Shown: positions 50,224-61,375 of the stretch, in pieces | How the letters are laid out: each line of letters begins with the position of its first letter | Position numbering within the stretch: the stretch's first letter is position 1 | Assembly (NCBI GenBank): GCA_965205945.1 | Contig: CBDBIB010000001.1 | Coordinates: 374,051 to 438,050, forward strand | Reading direction: 5' to 3' | Length of the DNA stretch: 64,000 bases | From: Bdellovibrionales bacterium | GTDB taxonomy: Bacteria > Bdellovibrionota > Bdellovibrionia > Bdellovibrionales > UBA1609 | The notes under the pieces: generated by a model | The model's input: the letters and a program-made list of their open reading frames with translations, nothing else | Database searches by the model: none | What the model was told of the DNA's origin: nothing | Made by a program: the position numbers and the translations under genes

Positions 50224-50671
50224 AAACTCTTCCTTTTAAATTCCCGAAAACTTTAACTTTTGCAAAGTTGTTAGTCCTAAAAGTCGTCATTCCCCATGAA
50301 CATCCAAGTGTATAACCTCTCCCCTTCCTACGGCTAGCCATCTTATGGTCACTTGGGAAAACCTTTTAGACTCTGTAGCACCGTTATTCTTATCAAAAGC
50401 CTCTCCATAATCTAATTAACAGTGATTATTGATATATACTACCTAAAGAAGAAAATAATTTTTATGGCTAGCGACTATACCATAAATAAAAAGCCTGCTG
50501 CCAAACTCAATTAAAATTCTTACGAAGAAATTTTGTGATTAAAAATAAGATGCTTAATTTATAGACTTTTTATGAATTAATTTTTATTCCTTAATAAAAT
50601 AAAGTTAAATCCGGGGTATCTAAACTCGGCTTTTATTGCTCCTAACGAGACTAACACGTAGTCTAATATTC

Positions 50672-52075
50672 ATGGATTATAGAATAGAAAAAGACAGTAT
50701 GGGTGAAGTTAAGGTTGAATCTTGTAAACTTTGGGGGGCTCAAACTCAACGCTCTTTAAAAAATTTTAAAATCGGTTTTGATAAATTTCCAAGAGAGATG
50801 ATTCGCGCCTTTGGAATTTTAAAAAAATCCTGTGCAAGAGCAAACATGACCTTAGGCTTATTACCTAAAGAAAAGACAACAGCAATTTTAAAAGCCGCTG
50901 ATGAAGTGATTAAAGGAAAATTTGATTTAGAATTTCCCTTAGTTGTTTGGCAAACAGGCAGTGGAACACAGTCTAATATGAATTCTAATGAGGTTATTGC
51001 AAACCGTGCAGCTCAAATCATGGGTTTTACTTTAGACGTTAATAGTAATGAGAAAAAAGTTCATCCCAATGACGATATTAATAAAGGACAATCTTCAAAC
51101 GATGTTTTTCCAACAACTATGCATATTGCAACATCAGAAATGATTGCAAAGAAGATGATTCCAGCTTTAAAAAATTTAAAAAAATCTTTAGAAAAAAAAC
51201 AAGATGAATTCTCTGATATTTTTAAAATTGGAAGAACTCATTTTATGGATGCAACACCACTAACCCTAGGCCAAGAGTTTTCAGGGTATGTTAGGCAAAT
51301 TGAGCTTTCTATTAAGCGTATTGAGTTTGCACTAACAGGCACTTTAGAACTTGCAATCGGCGGAACAGCTGTTGGAACAGGTTTAAATACTCATGAAACT
51401 TTTGACCAAACAGTTTCAAAATATATAGCTGAAGAAACAGGTTTAGCTTTCATGTCTGGGAAAAATAAGTTTGAAGGGCTTGCTGCCCATGACGCTATGG
51501 TCTTTTTAAGTGGATCCTTAAAAACTGTAGCTGTAAGTTTAATGAAAATTGGAAATGATATTCGTATGCTTGGCAGCGGTCCAAGGTGTGGAATTGGAGA
51601 GTTAAACCTTCCTGCAAATGAGCCGGGAAGTTCTATTATGCCTGGAAAGGTTAACCCTACGCAGGTAGAAGCTCTTACAATGGTTTGCGCTCAAGTTATG
51701 GGAAATGATGCAGGTGTTGCTATTGCAGGGTCTATGGGGCATTTTGAATTAAATGTTTTTAAGCCAATGATTGTTCATAATGTTTTACACTCAATCCGTC
51801 TTTTATCAGAGGCTTGTAATAGTTTTAGAGTAAATTGTTTAGACGGGATTATAGCGAATAAAGAAAAATGTGCTAACCATTTAAACAATTCTTTAATGCT
51901 AGTAACAGCATTAAACCCACACATTGGTTATGATGCATCAGCAAAAATTGCAAAGAAAGCCTTTAAGGAAGGAACTACATTAAAAAAAGCTGCAATCTCT
52001 TTAGGCCTTTTAACAGAGACTCAATTTAAAGACTGGGTTAAACCTAGTAATATGATAAGGCCTTTAAAAACATGA
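50672..52075 (+). CDS. fumC: Fumarate hydratase class II
   Basis: [28 protein letters not shown]. Confidence 0.97.
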   Translation: MDYRIEKDSMGEVKVESCKLWGAQTQRSLKNFKIGFDKFPREMIRAFGILKKSCARANMTLGLLPKEKTTAILKAADEVIKGKFDLEFPLVVWQTGSGTQSNMNSNEVIANRAAQIMGFTLDVNSNEKKVHPNDDINKGQSSNDVFPTTMHIATSEMIAKKMIPALKNLKKSLEKKQDEFSDIFKIGRTHFMDATPLTLGQEFSGYVRQIELSIKRIEFALTGTLELAIGGTAVGTGLNTHETFDQTVSKYIAEETGLAFMSGKNKFEGLAAHDAMVFLSGSLKTVAVSLMKIGNDIRMLGSGPRCGIGELNLPANEPGSSIMPGKVNPTQVEALTMVCAQVMGNDAGVAIAGSMGHFELNVFKPMIVHNVLHSIRLLSEACNSFRVNCLDGIIANKEKCANHLNNSLMLVTALNPHIGYDASAKIAKKAFKEGTTLKKAAISLGLLTETQFKDWVKPSNMIRPLKT

Positions 52076-52941
52076 GTTTACCTAAACAATGCTCTTGGAT
52101 TAACAATAAAGATATTAGGCCTTATTTTTTTATAAGAAAAGAGAATTGGTTTAAAGAGCCTGGTTCTTTTCTAAAGAATTGTAATTGGTTTAAAAATTTA
52201 AAAGTTTTAAAAAAAGATCCTCTTTCAATGAAAGAAAAAGATTTTACTAAAATTATTCTAGAAATTGAAAGTCGAGTTTTTCATCAAAGTGGTATGCCTA
52301 TGCCTGGCTGGGTTTTTTATGACTGTGGGCTTATTCCAGGCATTGTAACAGGTTTTGCACATAAAACATCTCAACTTCCAAAAAGTATTAAGGCTATTTT
52401 AAATAAAGACTTACTTAAAACAGAATGGACACCGTTATCGCTTTTCATTGCTATTCCTTGCGGAAATAAAAAAGAATGGGTTGCACATAATTTAAGCTCT
52501 ATAAACAATCTACTCTCGAAAAAAAATAGATTTTATGGACTAGGATTTTTATCTAAATGCTTTGGTCTTTGGTATTCAAATATTAAACAAATTTGTGGAA
52601 TGACTCAATGGCAAAGCCCCGCACTTAAATTACATGTTAATTACGGGAACTTTGAAATTTTAACTTCCTACACACCTATTCACTCACATCCTCAAACATT
52701 AACATATAGATGTAGTCTAAATTTTAATTCATGGAAGAGGTTTTTTGATAAAACTACAGATGGTAACTTTTCTAAAAAATTTGAATTAGTAAATAAATTA
52801 AAAATCAATCCGACTGATCAAAAGAGTTTAATTAAAACTCAATCTTTTTTAGAAAAAAATGACGAGTCATTTTATTTAAGGCCAGATCAGATTAAGAATG
52901 CTAATGTTGGAGACGTTTTAAATATTTATAAACGCGTTTAA
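52072..52941 (+). CDS. Hypothetical protein
   Basis: 289-aa ORF overlapping the fumC stop (ATGA). Confidence 0.7.
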   Translation: MSLPKQCSWINNKDIRPYFFIRKENWFKEPGSFLKNCNWFKNLKVLKKDPLSMKEKDFTKIILEIESRVFHQSGMPMPGWVFYDCGLIPGIVTGFAHKTSQLPKSIKAILNKDLLKTEWTPLSLFIAIPCGNKKEWVAHNLSSINNLLSKKNRFYGLGFLSKCFGLWYSNIKQICGMTQWQSPALKLHVNYGNFEILTSYTPIHSHPQTLTYRCSLNFNSWKRFFDKTTDGNFSKKFELVNKLKINPTDQKSLIKTQSFLEKNDESFYLRPDQIKNANVGDVLNIYKRV

Positions 52942-52971
52942 TTATATTACTGTAAATATCTTAGGAGGCAT

Positions 52972-53748
52972 ATGTTGCTTTTAGTTTTATCTGGTTTAGG
53001 GGTTGGAGTGGTTTCAGCTCTCTTAGGTTTAGGTGGAGGAGTGTTACTCGTTCCATTTTTACCCAAATTAACTGATTGGAGTAGTCACCAAGTTGTAGCA
53101 GTGACGCTTTTAATTATCTTAGGAAATTCCTTTGCTAATATGATCTGGTATAATAAAAGAAATATGGTAAATTGGAGTGTTTTAATTTTTTGGGGCCCTT
53201 TTGCAGCTATGGGAGCGTTTACAGGCTCCTATTATGCTTTAAAGCTTGAAGGCCAGAAACTTCGAATGGCTTTGCTTGTTATTGTAGGCTTAATGATCAT
53301 TCGATTTAGTCTAGATTTTTTTAAAAACCCAAGAAGTAAAAAGCTCTTTGTTTCTTCAGATTGGAATCCTTTTAAAGGAATCTTTGGTTTTTTTGTGGGT
53401 AGTTTTTCTGGATTTTGCGGCGTTGGAACAGGGCTTATTTCAAATATTATTTTTATGAATCGAAGATGGGTTTTAAACAATAAAGTTGCTCCAACAGGAA
53501 ATGGAGTGATGCTTTTTGTTAGCCTTGCTTCAATGATAAGTTTTTTAATTTTTGGAAAAAGTCAAAATATTGAACTTTCTTTTTTTCTAGAAAATGGAAA
53601 AGAAATTTTAGTTCTAATGGGATCTGTTTTTATAAGTTCATTTTACTTAAGGCCATTTAACCCCCTTATCTCAGATAATTTAAGATTTCTTTGCCTAATC
53701 ATAACACTTTTTTCAGTATTTGGCTGTGTTTTATATGAAATGTTTTAA
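52972..53748 (+). CDS. TauE/SafE (TSUP) family transporter
   Basis: LLGLGGGVLLVP and internal repeat SGFCGVGTG; multiple TMs. Confidence 0.85.
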   Translation: MLLLVLSGLGVGVVSALLGLGGGVLLVPFLPKLTDWSSHQVVAVTLLIILGNSFANMIWYNKRNMVNWSVLIFWGPFAAMGAFTGSYYALKLEGQKLRMALLVIVGLMIIRFSLDFFKNPRSKKLFVSSDWNPFKGIFGFFVGSFSGFCGVGTGLISNIIFMNRRWVLNNKVAPTGNGVMLFVSLASMISFLIFGKSQNIELSFFLENGKEILVLMGSVFISSFYLRPFNPLISDNLRFLCLIITLFSVFGCVLYEMF

Positions 53749-53958
53749 TATTCACCCTTATTTTACTCTAGCTTTTAAAGAATTTTCTTAATCTAGACAG
53801 GCTTTTTTTAGATTTAAAAGTGACCCAGCACCAAATAAAAATATACCTTCTTTAATGTCACATACTAAAACTAAACTTACATGCTTAGAGTCTTACAGCT
53901 TTAAAAAATAAATAACCTTGCTATTTTTATATTTACTTTTTAAATATTTAAACTAATT

Positions 53959-54789
53959 ATGGATTTTAAAGTACTTGATGCGGGTGATTTTTATAAATTA
54001 GAACAAGTAGGCCCTTATATTTACCACAGGCCAAGCCCTGCAGCCATTTGGCCTAGGGGAAACCATCCCTTATACAATAAAATAGATGCAAAATATGAGC
54101 GATTTCAAAATGGTAAAGGTAGGTGGATTTATAACAATAAAAATATGAAAAAAACTTTTATAATTGATGTTTTAAATCTAAAAATTCAAATGCAGCATAG
54201 CTCTTTTGGGCATTTAGGGCTTTTTGCAGAACAACTTATAAATTGGAAGAGGCTTAAGAAAAATGTGTCTAAAGGAGATAAGGTTTTAAATCTATTTGCT
54301 TATACGGGAGTGGCCTCTTTAATTTGTGCCACCAAAGATGCTGAAGTGACCCATGTAGACGCCTCTAAAACAAGTTTAACTTGGGCAAGAAAAAATCAAG
54401 AACTCTCAGGACTTAAAAATAAGAAAATACGATGGCTTGTTGATGACGTTCAAAAGTTTGTTGCTAAAAAAATCAGACAAGAATCTAAATATGACTGGAT
54501 TATTTTAGATCCCCCAAGCTTTGGACGAGGTAATAATAACGAAGTTTGGCAAATTAATGAGCATCTTCATGGTTTAATGCAAAACCTATCTAAGTTAAAA
54601 TCAGATAATTTTAAAGGAATCCTTTTATCTTCCCACTCTCCAGGATACTCAGCCATAGCTTTAGAAAATCTTTTAAAAAGAACAAGTTTTAAAGAAAAAA
54701 TGGGAGTTTGCCATGAAATGTTTATTGATCATGAAAAGTATCCACTTCCAAGCGGAGACTGCGCTTGGCAAACGAATATAAAATTATAA
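53959..54789 (+). CDS. Class I SAM methyltransferase (RlmI/RlmK-like)
   Basis: HLGLFAEQ, VLNLFAYTG, HVDAS, ILDPPSFG. Confidence 0.85.
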   Translation: MDFKVLDAGDFYKLEQVGPYIYHRPSPAAIWPRGNHPLYNKIDAKYERFQNGKGRWIYNNKNMKKTFIIDVLNLKIQMQHSSFGHLGLFAEQLINWKRLKKNVSKGDKVLNLFAYTGVASLICATKDAEVTHVDASKTSLTWARKNQELSGLKNKKIRWLVDDVQKFVAKKIRQESKYDWIILDPPSFGRGNNNEVWQINEHLHGLMQNLSKLKSDNFKGILLSSHSPGYSAIALENLLKRTSFKEKMGVCHEMFIDHEKYPLPSGDCAWQTNIKL

Positions 54790-55839
54790 ATTAAACTCTA
54801 ATTGGTTAATTTTGTTAGTATCAAATTTAATACCAAACCCAATAAGGCGAGTTTTCTCAGGCAGACCCTCCCAAAAAGAAATCATATAAGAAAGTGCAGT
54901 ATCATAATCTGGTATATCTTTAAAGATCCCAACATCTTTTGATCTACTTTGAAAATCAAAGCTTTTTAATTTAAAACAAACCCCTTTAATTTTATAACCC
55001 TTTACTTTTGAAGTTTTAAATCTGGCAACAAATTCAATATAAACCTGTTTAAAGCCCTCTTGAATTTCATTTTTAGTAATAAGATCCTGTGGAAAAGTTC
55101 TTTCAACAGAAAAAGATTTTCTAACAGAATTAGTTTTTACTTCCCTATCATCAATGCCTTGACAAAGTTTATACAAATGTCCCCCCATGCTCCCAAAAAG
55201 ACGTTGAATCTCTAAAAGACTTAGACGTCTTAAGTCTCCACAAGTTTTAAAACCAAGCTTATGCATGCATTCTTCTGTTTTTTTCCCAACCCCCCAAAGT
55301 TTTCCAACAGGTAAAAACTTTGTAAAGGAAGAGTTTTTATGGGGAGAAACTGTAAACTGTCCATTTGGTTTTCTTAAATCACTTGATATTTTAGCTAAAA
55401 ATTTATTATTTGCAATCCCAGCAGAAGCAGTAAGGCCTCTCTTTAATAAAATAGTCTGCCTAATTTTTTTTGCAAGTAAGGTGGCACTACCTTTAAACTC
55501 ACGGCTCTTAGTAACATCTAAATACGCTTCATCAAGAGACAGAAGCTCGATTTTATCAGTAAAATTTTTTAAAATTTTATGTATCTCTACACTTTCTTCT
55601 TTATATAGAGAAAACTTTGGGTGAATTAAAATAAGATCAGGACAAAGCCTTAATGCATGGACCGTAGACATTGCTGATCTAACACCAAATTTTCTTGCTT
55701 CATAGGAAGCCGCAGCAATAACACCTCTTTGATCCCTGCCTCCACCAACAGCTACAGGTTTTTTTAAAAGCCTTAAATCGTGTTTGACTTCAACAGCAGC
55801 AAAAAAACAATCCATATCAATATGGATAATTTTTTTCAT
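54784..55839 (-). CDS. dinB: DNA polymerase IV
   Basis: IIHIDMDCFFAAVE, SYEARKFGV, SLDEAYLD, LAKISSD..KPNG. Confidence 0.96.
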   Translation of the reverse strand: MKKIIHIDMDCFFAAVEVKHDLRLLKKPVAVGGGRDQRGVIAAASYEARKFGVRSAMSTVHALRLCPDLILIHPKFSLYKEESVEIHKILKNFTDKIELLSLDEAYLDVTKSREFKGSATLLAKKIRQTILLKRGLTASAGIANNKFLAKISSDLRKPNGQFTVSPHKNSSFTKFLPVGKLWGVGKKTEECMHKLGFKTCGDLRRLSLLEIQRLFGSMGGHLYKLCQGIDDREVKTNSVRKSFSVERTFPQDLITKNEIQEGFKQVYIEFVARFKTSKVKGYKIKGVCFKLKSFDFQSRSKDVGIFKDIPDYDTALSYMISFWEGLPEKTRLIGFGIKFDTNKINQLEFNL

Positions 55840-56344
55840 TTAGATTCTAAATCTTTTATTTTTTTCATAAATTAATTAAAACTCAATAATTTAATTGTAT
55901 TTTTCCTTATTCCTATAATTTTTATACTCAAAACAATTTTTACTGCTCTCTTTAATATAGCTTTTTTACATTTTTTAAATCTAGAGTAATAGCAAACTTA
56001 ACCCTACCTTTTTTATCTAAAAGTACAATGAGCAGTAATGAAAAAAATCACTCTAAACTCCATAGTATATAGGTTTTCTATATTAAAATTTTATAATATT
56101 AGTTTATAAACTTTAAAACTTCTTAGTAAATAGTTTATATAAATTAAACCCTTAATAAAATTAACTTAAAAAATTTAGATTTTCAAAAAGATTTAAAAGA
56201 ATGAGCCAATATTTTGAGCAATCCAGGTGTCAATGAATTACCTTAAAATTCATTTTCCAACTAAGATCTTATTTTTTGGTATTTCAAGCAATATTTTTTT
56301 TTTTGGTTGAGTTTTCAAGCTTCTAAATATTTAATCTTCATCCT

Positions 56345-56959
56345 ATGTCATACGGAAAAATGCCACCACAAGCCTATACAAAAGAGACTCTACAAAACGC
56401 TTTTGAGTGGTGGTCTCAGCAGCCCGAAGACCTAAGAAATCAAATCCAAGACAAAGATGACCTAGTAGGTTATTATTTAAGACTCCATAGAGGTATTGAA
56501 CCTCCAAAGAATGAAGGTGGTTTTACAAAAGCTGCAAAAGAATCCTTTTCTTTAGAACTTAAAGGACTGGTGAAAAATTTAGATGCCTTTGAAGGATATG
56601 AAGAAAAAATGATACAACCACCTACAAAATCCGAAGAAAAGCCAAAACCAAAATTCTGTGAGCAACTTAAAATACCACAAGTTAAACACTCAACAACAAC
56701 ACCTGTATTTAACCCTTCAAATCAATTACAGTTTCCAAACATGTCAAAACCATTAATACCCACTAAAGAAGCTGACATAATGATAAGCAAACCCTCAACC
56801 TTGGCAAATTCAAAAATTCAAGAAAAATTTTTTAAATTGGATGAAAAATCCAAAATATCTGTGGCTAAAACAAAAAAACTTTTAAACCTGTCTTCAGATG
56901 AAGAAGCTCTTCGTGCCCTTATTGCGTTAGGCAAATCTAGAATTAAAGAACTCATTTAG
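56345..56959 (+). CDS. Hypothetical protein
   Basis: 204-aa ORF with structured termini and Pro-rich linker. Confidence 0.65.
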   Translation: MSYGKMPPQAYTKETLQNAFEWWSQQPEDLRNQIQDKDDLVGYYLRLHRGIEPPKNEGGFTKAAKESFSLELKGLVKNLDAFEGYEEKMIQPPTKSEEKPKPKFCEQLKIPQVKHSTTTPVFNPSNQLQFPNMSKPLIPTKEADIMISKPSTLANSKIQEKFFKLDEKSKISVAKTKKLLNLSSDEEALRALIALGKSRIKELI

Positions 56960-57030
56960 CCAAGACACTTTCCCAAAAACGTAAATCTTGCTAAGATTCT
57001 TATTGTAAAGCACTAGTTAAGGAACATCTT

Positions 57031-59793
57031 ATGAAACTCAAAGACAGTTTAAATTTACCAAAAACAAGCTTTCCAATGAAAGCCTTGTTACCTGAAAATG
57101 AACCTAAAAAAATTAAAACCTGGGACGATATAAATCTTTATCAAAAAATTCAAAATAGAAACAAAAACTCTGAAAAAATTTTTACAATGCCTGATGGACC
57201 CCCTTACGCAAACGGAAACATTCATTTAGGGCATGTTTTAAATAAAGTTTTAAAAGATATCACACTAAAATATAAAAATTTAAATGGGTTTAAAGCGCCT
57301 TTTATACCAGGCTGGGATGGCCATGGTTTACCTATTGAGCTAAAAGTTTCAAAAAACCTTGGCTCTAAAAGACAAGGCATGACGAAAAAAAAACTTAGAC
57401 AATTGTGTCGTTTTGAAGTTTATAAGTGGGTTGATATTCAAAAAAAACAATTTAAACGACTCGGAATTTTAGCTGATTGGGAGAACCCATATATAACAAT
57501 TGATCCTAAATATGAAGCCGAAGAAGTTAGAGAATTTGCCAGAATTTATGAAAATGGACTCATTTATAAAGGCAAAAAACCGGTTTATTGGTGCCCTACT
57601 TTACAGACCGCTTTAGCAGACACAGAAGTTGAATATATAGAGCGTGAAAGCCCCTCTATTTATGTAAAATTTAAAATTAAGCCTGAAACCTTGCCTTTAG
57701 CTCTTCGTAAATATGTAGATTTATCCGCTGTTATTTGGACAACAACTCCTTGGACGCTTCCTGCAAACCTAGGGATTTCGGTACACCCAAAATTTAATTA
57801 TCAAATTGTAGAAACAAATCATGGCAATCTTTTTTTAGCAAAAAAAATGATCGATAAGGTGGTTATGGAAACTGGTTTAAAAATCCAATCAAGGGGCGCC
57901 CAGATAGAAGGCCTTAAATTAGAAAGTATTGTTGCAAATCATCCATTTTTAAAACAATCTTCAAGGTTTTTACTTGGTGAACATGTTACTTTAGAGGCTG
58001 GCACTGGATTAGTTCATACCGCCCCTGGACATGGTGTAGATGACTACCAGGTAGGTTTAAAGTATGGCCTTAAAATTTATAGCCCCGTAGGTCCTGATGG
58101 AAAATATACGAGTGACTATCCTCAACGTGAAGGTCAGCATATTTTTAAAGCTAATAATCTAATTGTCCAAGATTTAAAGGCTTTAGGGGCCTTAATATTT
58201 TCAAAAAATTTGAAACATAGTTATCCACACAATTGGAGATCTAAAACCCCACTAATCTATAGAGCAACTCCCCAATGGTTTTTAAAGGTGGATGACAACG
58301 ACTACAGTATTAGAAAAAATGCCCTAAAGCTAACTGAATCCGATATTAAATTCTACCCGGATTGGGGTAGGGCTAGACTTAAAGGAATGTTAAAAAATAG
58401 ACCTGATTGGTGCTTAAGTCGCCAAAGAATCTGGGGTGTTCCCATTCCTGTTTTAATCTGTTCTTCATGTGAGAAAACACATATATCAACTTCATTTATA
58501 ATGTCAGTTGCTGATAAAATGGAGAAATCAAAAAAAGGAATAGAGGCTTATTTTGAAGATGACTTATCCGATATTACACCTTTAAAATGTGATAACTGCA
58601 ACAATACAACCTTTAATAAAGGCGAAGATATTTTAGATGTTTGGTTTGATAGTGGTGTTTGTCATGCTGCTGTTCAAAGAAAACATAAAGATATGAAGGC
58701 TCAAGCAGATTTGTATCTTGAAGGTTCTGATCAACATAGGGGTTGGTTTCAAACAAGCTTGCTCTCTTCACTTGCTGCCCATAAAGAGGCTCCATTTAAG
58801 GCTTTAGTAACACATGGCTTTGTAAACGATGCTAAAGGCAGAAAAATGTCTAAGAGCCTTGGAAATGTTATTGATCCACTAAAAGTTATTCAAAACTCGG
58901 GGGCTGAAATCTTAAGGCTTTGGGTTACATACGTAGACTACGGACAGGATATGAATGTTTCACAGGAAGTCTTTTTAAGGGTGACTGAGACTTATAGAAG
59001 AATTCGAAATACCATGCGTTTTATGCTAGGAAATCTTAATGGTTATGAACATAAAAATTTAGACCCTACAGACTTAAACTCCTTAGATCGCTGGATATTA
59101 GCTAAATTAGATAAACTTGTTCAAGATGTGACAACGGCTTTTGAAACGTATAATTATTATAAAGCCTATCATGGAATAAATTTATTTTTTACAGTTGATT
59201 TAAGCTCAAGGTATTTAGATATTTTAAAAGACAGGCTTTATGTAGAAAGTAAACACTCAAAATTAAGGAAATCATCACAATTTGCCCTCTATAAAGTTCT
59301 TAAAACAACATCTGTTCTCATAGCCCCAATTTTATCTTTTTTATCAGAAGAAGTTTATGAGTATCTTCCTGAGTCTTTGGAAAAAGAAAAAAAAGAATCT
59401 ATTTTCTTAGAAAATTACCCTATTTCAAATGAAAAATTTGCAAATAAAGACTTGATAAAAGAGTATGAAGAACTCTTTGAACTTAGGTCTGTCATTTCAA
59501 AATCTTTAGAGAAAATGAGGGATGATAAGAAGCTTAAAGCAAGTTTAGAGGCTAAAATTACAATATCTAAGACAGTCTTAAGTGCTAAAATGTGGGCGAA
59601 ATATGGGGATCAACTAGCAGAATTTTTTATTGTTTCAAAAGTAAACTATGATAAAAACGGCAGTGAACTCGACGTTAGTTTGGCAGAAGGTGAAAAATGT
59701 CCCCGCTGCTGGCATATTGAATATTTAAAAGAACATAAATGTGGTAAAAAGATTTGTAATCGCTGCTCAAACGTAATGGATGAATTTTTATGA
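57031..59793 (+). CDS. ileS: Isoleucine--tRNA ligase (type 1)
   Basis: PPYANGNIHLGH, WTTTPWT, EGSDQHRGWF, KMSKS, C-terminal CPRC...CNRC. Confidence 0.98.
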   Translation: MKLKDSLNLPKTSFPMKALLPENEPKKIKTWDDINLYQKIQNRNKNSEKIFTMPDGPPYANGNIHLGHVLNKVLKDITLKYKNLNGFKAPFIPGWDGHGLPIELKVSKNLGSKRQGMTKKKLRQLCRFEVYKWVDIQKKQFKRLGILADWENPYITIDPKYEAEEVREFARIYENGLIYKGKKPVYWCPTLQTALADTEVEYIERESPSIYVKFKIKPETLPLALRKYVDLSAVIWTTTPWTLPANLGISVHPKFNYQIVETNHGNLFLAKKMIDKVVMETGLKIQSRGAQIEGLKLESIVANHPFLKQSSRFLLGEHVTLEAGTGLVHTAPGHGVDDYQVGLKYGLKIYSPVGPDGKYTSDYPQREGQHIFKANNLIVQDLKALGALIFSKNLKHSYPHNWRSKTPLIYRATPQWFLKVDDNDYSIRKNALKLTESDIKFYPDWGRARLKGMLKNRPDWCLSRQRIWGVPIPVLICSSCEKTHISTSFIMSVADKMEKSKKGIEAYFEDDLSDITPLKCDNCNNTTFNKGEDILDVWFDSGVCHAAVQRKHKDMKAQADLYLEGSDQHRGWFQTSLLSSLAAHKEAPFKALVTHGFVNDAKGRKMSKSLGNVIDPLKVIQNSGAEILRLWVTYVDYGQDMNVSQEVFLRVTETYRRIRNTMRFMLGNLNGYEHKNLDPTDLNSLDRWILAKLDKLVQDVTTAFETYNYYKAYHGINLFFTVDLSSRYLDILKDRLYVESKHSKLRKSSQFALYKVLKTTSVLIAPILSFLSEEVYEYLPESLEKEKKESIFLENYPISNEKFANKDLIKEYEELFELRSVISKSLEKMRDDKKLKASLEAKITISKTVLSAKMWAKYGDQLAEFFIVSKVNYDKNGSELDVSLAEGEKCPRCWHIEYLKEHKCGKKICNRCSNVMDEFL

Positions 59794-60281
59794 AAAAAAA
59801 ACTATTGTATTTAATTTCAATTTGTACACTTATCCTTGTTTTAGATCAAGTTATCAAAATTTATGTGCATACTAATTTTAACCTTCATGAATCCAAAACA
59901 ATTATAGACGGATTTTTTAGTTTTACGTATGTAAGAAATCCAGGTGCCGCCTTTGGTATGCTTAGAAATACTCCCGAACTGTTTAGACGTGTTTTTTTCC
60001 TAAGTGTTACACCCATTGCTATAGTCGTACTTTTTTATTTTTTAGCTACAATAAAACCTCAAGATATTTTTCAAATAATAGCAATAAGTCTGATCTTTTC
60101 TGGAGCACTAGGAAATTATATCGATAGAGTTCGATTTGAATATGTAATAGATTTTCTAGATTTTTATATTGGAAACATACATTACCCTGCATTTAATGTT
60201 GCAGATATTGCTATTGTTTGTGGTGTTTTTCTTTGGTTCTACTGTATTCTTAATGAAGATATGAAGAAGGCAAAGGCCTAG
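59790..60281 (+). CDS. lspA: Lipoprotein signal peptidase
   Basis: DQ..K, NPGAAFG, GALGNYIDR, VIDF, FNVAD. Confidence 0.96.
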   Translation: MKKKLLYLISICTLILVLDQVIKIYVHTNFNLHESKTIIDGFFSFTYVRNPGAAFGMLRNTPELFRRVFFLSVTPIAIVVLFYFLATIKPQDIFQIIAISLIFSGALGNYIDRVRFEYVIDFLDFYIGNIHYPAFNVADIAIVCGVFLWFYCILNEDMKKAKA

Positions 60282-60284
60282 GCG

Positions 60285-61022
60285 TTGTTTGCGTATCTAA
60301 AAATTTTAAACTTTGAAATATCTGTCTATTTTTTATTTTTAAGCTTAACCTTTACATTTGCAGTACCATTGATCATACAAAGAGCAAAAGCTTTATCGTT
60401 ATCAACAATACATGCTCTAGATTTATATCTATTTGTATTGATTGGGTCCTTTTTAGGCTCTCGAGTAATGTATGTTCTTTATCAAGAGCCCTTTTTTTAT
60501 TGGTCTAACCCTAAACAGATTTTCTTTTTCTGGAATGGTGGATATATTTTCTTTGGAGGATTTTTGGGCGCTATTATTGCCGGGCTCATTTTTTGTCACA
60601 TCCACAAAGAACCTCTTAAAAAATGGTTGAACTTTTCCATTCCAATTTTATCTTTAAGTTATGCTATTGGAAGAATAGCATGTCTACTAAGTGGCTGTTG
60701 TTATGGAAAAGAGCTAAATGCTTGGTGGTCTGTATTTATGCATCATTCAAATAGGCATCCAACACAGCTCTATGCCTCAATAATGGAACTGTTTATTTTT
60801 AGTGTTTTAATTCTTGTGGAGAAGAAAAAAGGATTTAAGAGTTTTTTAGTCCTTCCTTGGTGGATGGTTCTTCATGGAACAGCTCGTATTGTTATGGAGC
60901 AGTTTAGAGCAGATCCAAGGGGCATGAATCTTTTAGGAGTATCTATCTCTACAAACATTTCAGTAATTTTAATTATTTTAGGTTTAATTTTATTCATTAA
61001 AAAATTAAAACTTAATCCTTAA
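60285..61022 (+). CDS. lgt: Prolipoprotein diacylglyceryl transferase
   Basis: GSR, GRIACLLSGCCYG, HPTQLY, EQFR. Confidence 0.92.
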   Translation: MFAYLKILNFEISVYFLFLSLTFTFAVPLIIQRAKALSLSTIHALDLYLFVLIGSFLGSRVMYVLYQEPFFYWSNPKQIFFFWNGGYIFFGGFLGAIIAGLIFCHIHKEPLKKWLNFSIPILSLSYAIGRIACLLSGCCYGKELNAWWSVFMHHSNRHPTQLYASIMELFIFSVLILVEKKKGFKSFLVLPWWMVLHGTARIVMEQFRADPRGMNLLGVSISTNISVILIILGLILFIKKLKLNP

Positions 61023-61145
61023 AAAGACAGCTATACTCTTTAACTCTACACCAATTAAACTAAATAACTTTTAAATAAAATTTTATAAATATAACTTTAA
61101 AAACTTTAGTAAAAGTTAAATCAAAAAGATGTAAAATAGGTTTCA

Positions 61146-61322
61146 TTAATACAAATAAACCGCACCTAATCTAGCGACTAAATCATTACTCTGATCACCA
61201 CCAACACCTGTTGCTTCGCTGTACTCACCATATGCCTCCACAATCAAAGTATTACCATCACTACTCAAGCTAAGGCTACAACCAAATTGATCACCCCCAT
61301 GATTTAAAAAGTAAAAATTCAT
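61146..61322 (-). pseudogene. FG-GAP (integrin-alpha-like) repeat remnant: last repeat plus stop
   Basis: GDQFGCSLSLSSDGNTLIVEAYGEYSEATGVGGDQSND...GAVYLY*. Confidence 0.8.
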
Positions 61323-61375
61323 TATTACTTACAGATAAAAAATCTCATAGTCATAGTGAGCTTTTAAAGTTTAAA

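Larger units (their letters stand above)
40379..50400. mobile_element. Probable tRNA-Leu-anchored genomic island remnant (no integrase present; right edge approximate)
   Basis: Accessory cluster directly 3' of a tRNA, arm-like repeat, housekeeping genes resume at fumC. Confidence 0.45.

Noticed and set aside
50371..50382. CTCTGTAGCACC as attR copy of the tRNA 3' end (CTCTGGCGCACC)
   Set aside because: Only 10/12 identity; too short to distinguish from chance, although the position fits.
55840..56344. SOS/LexA box or sRNA upstream of dinB
   Set aside because: No recognisable palindrome or structured GC-rich element in this AT-rich spacer.
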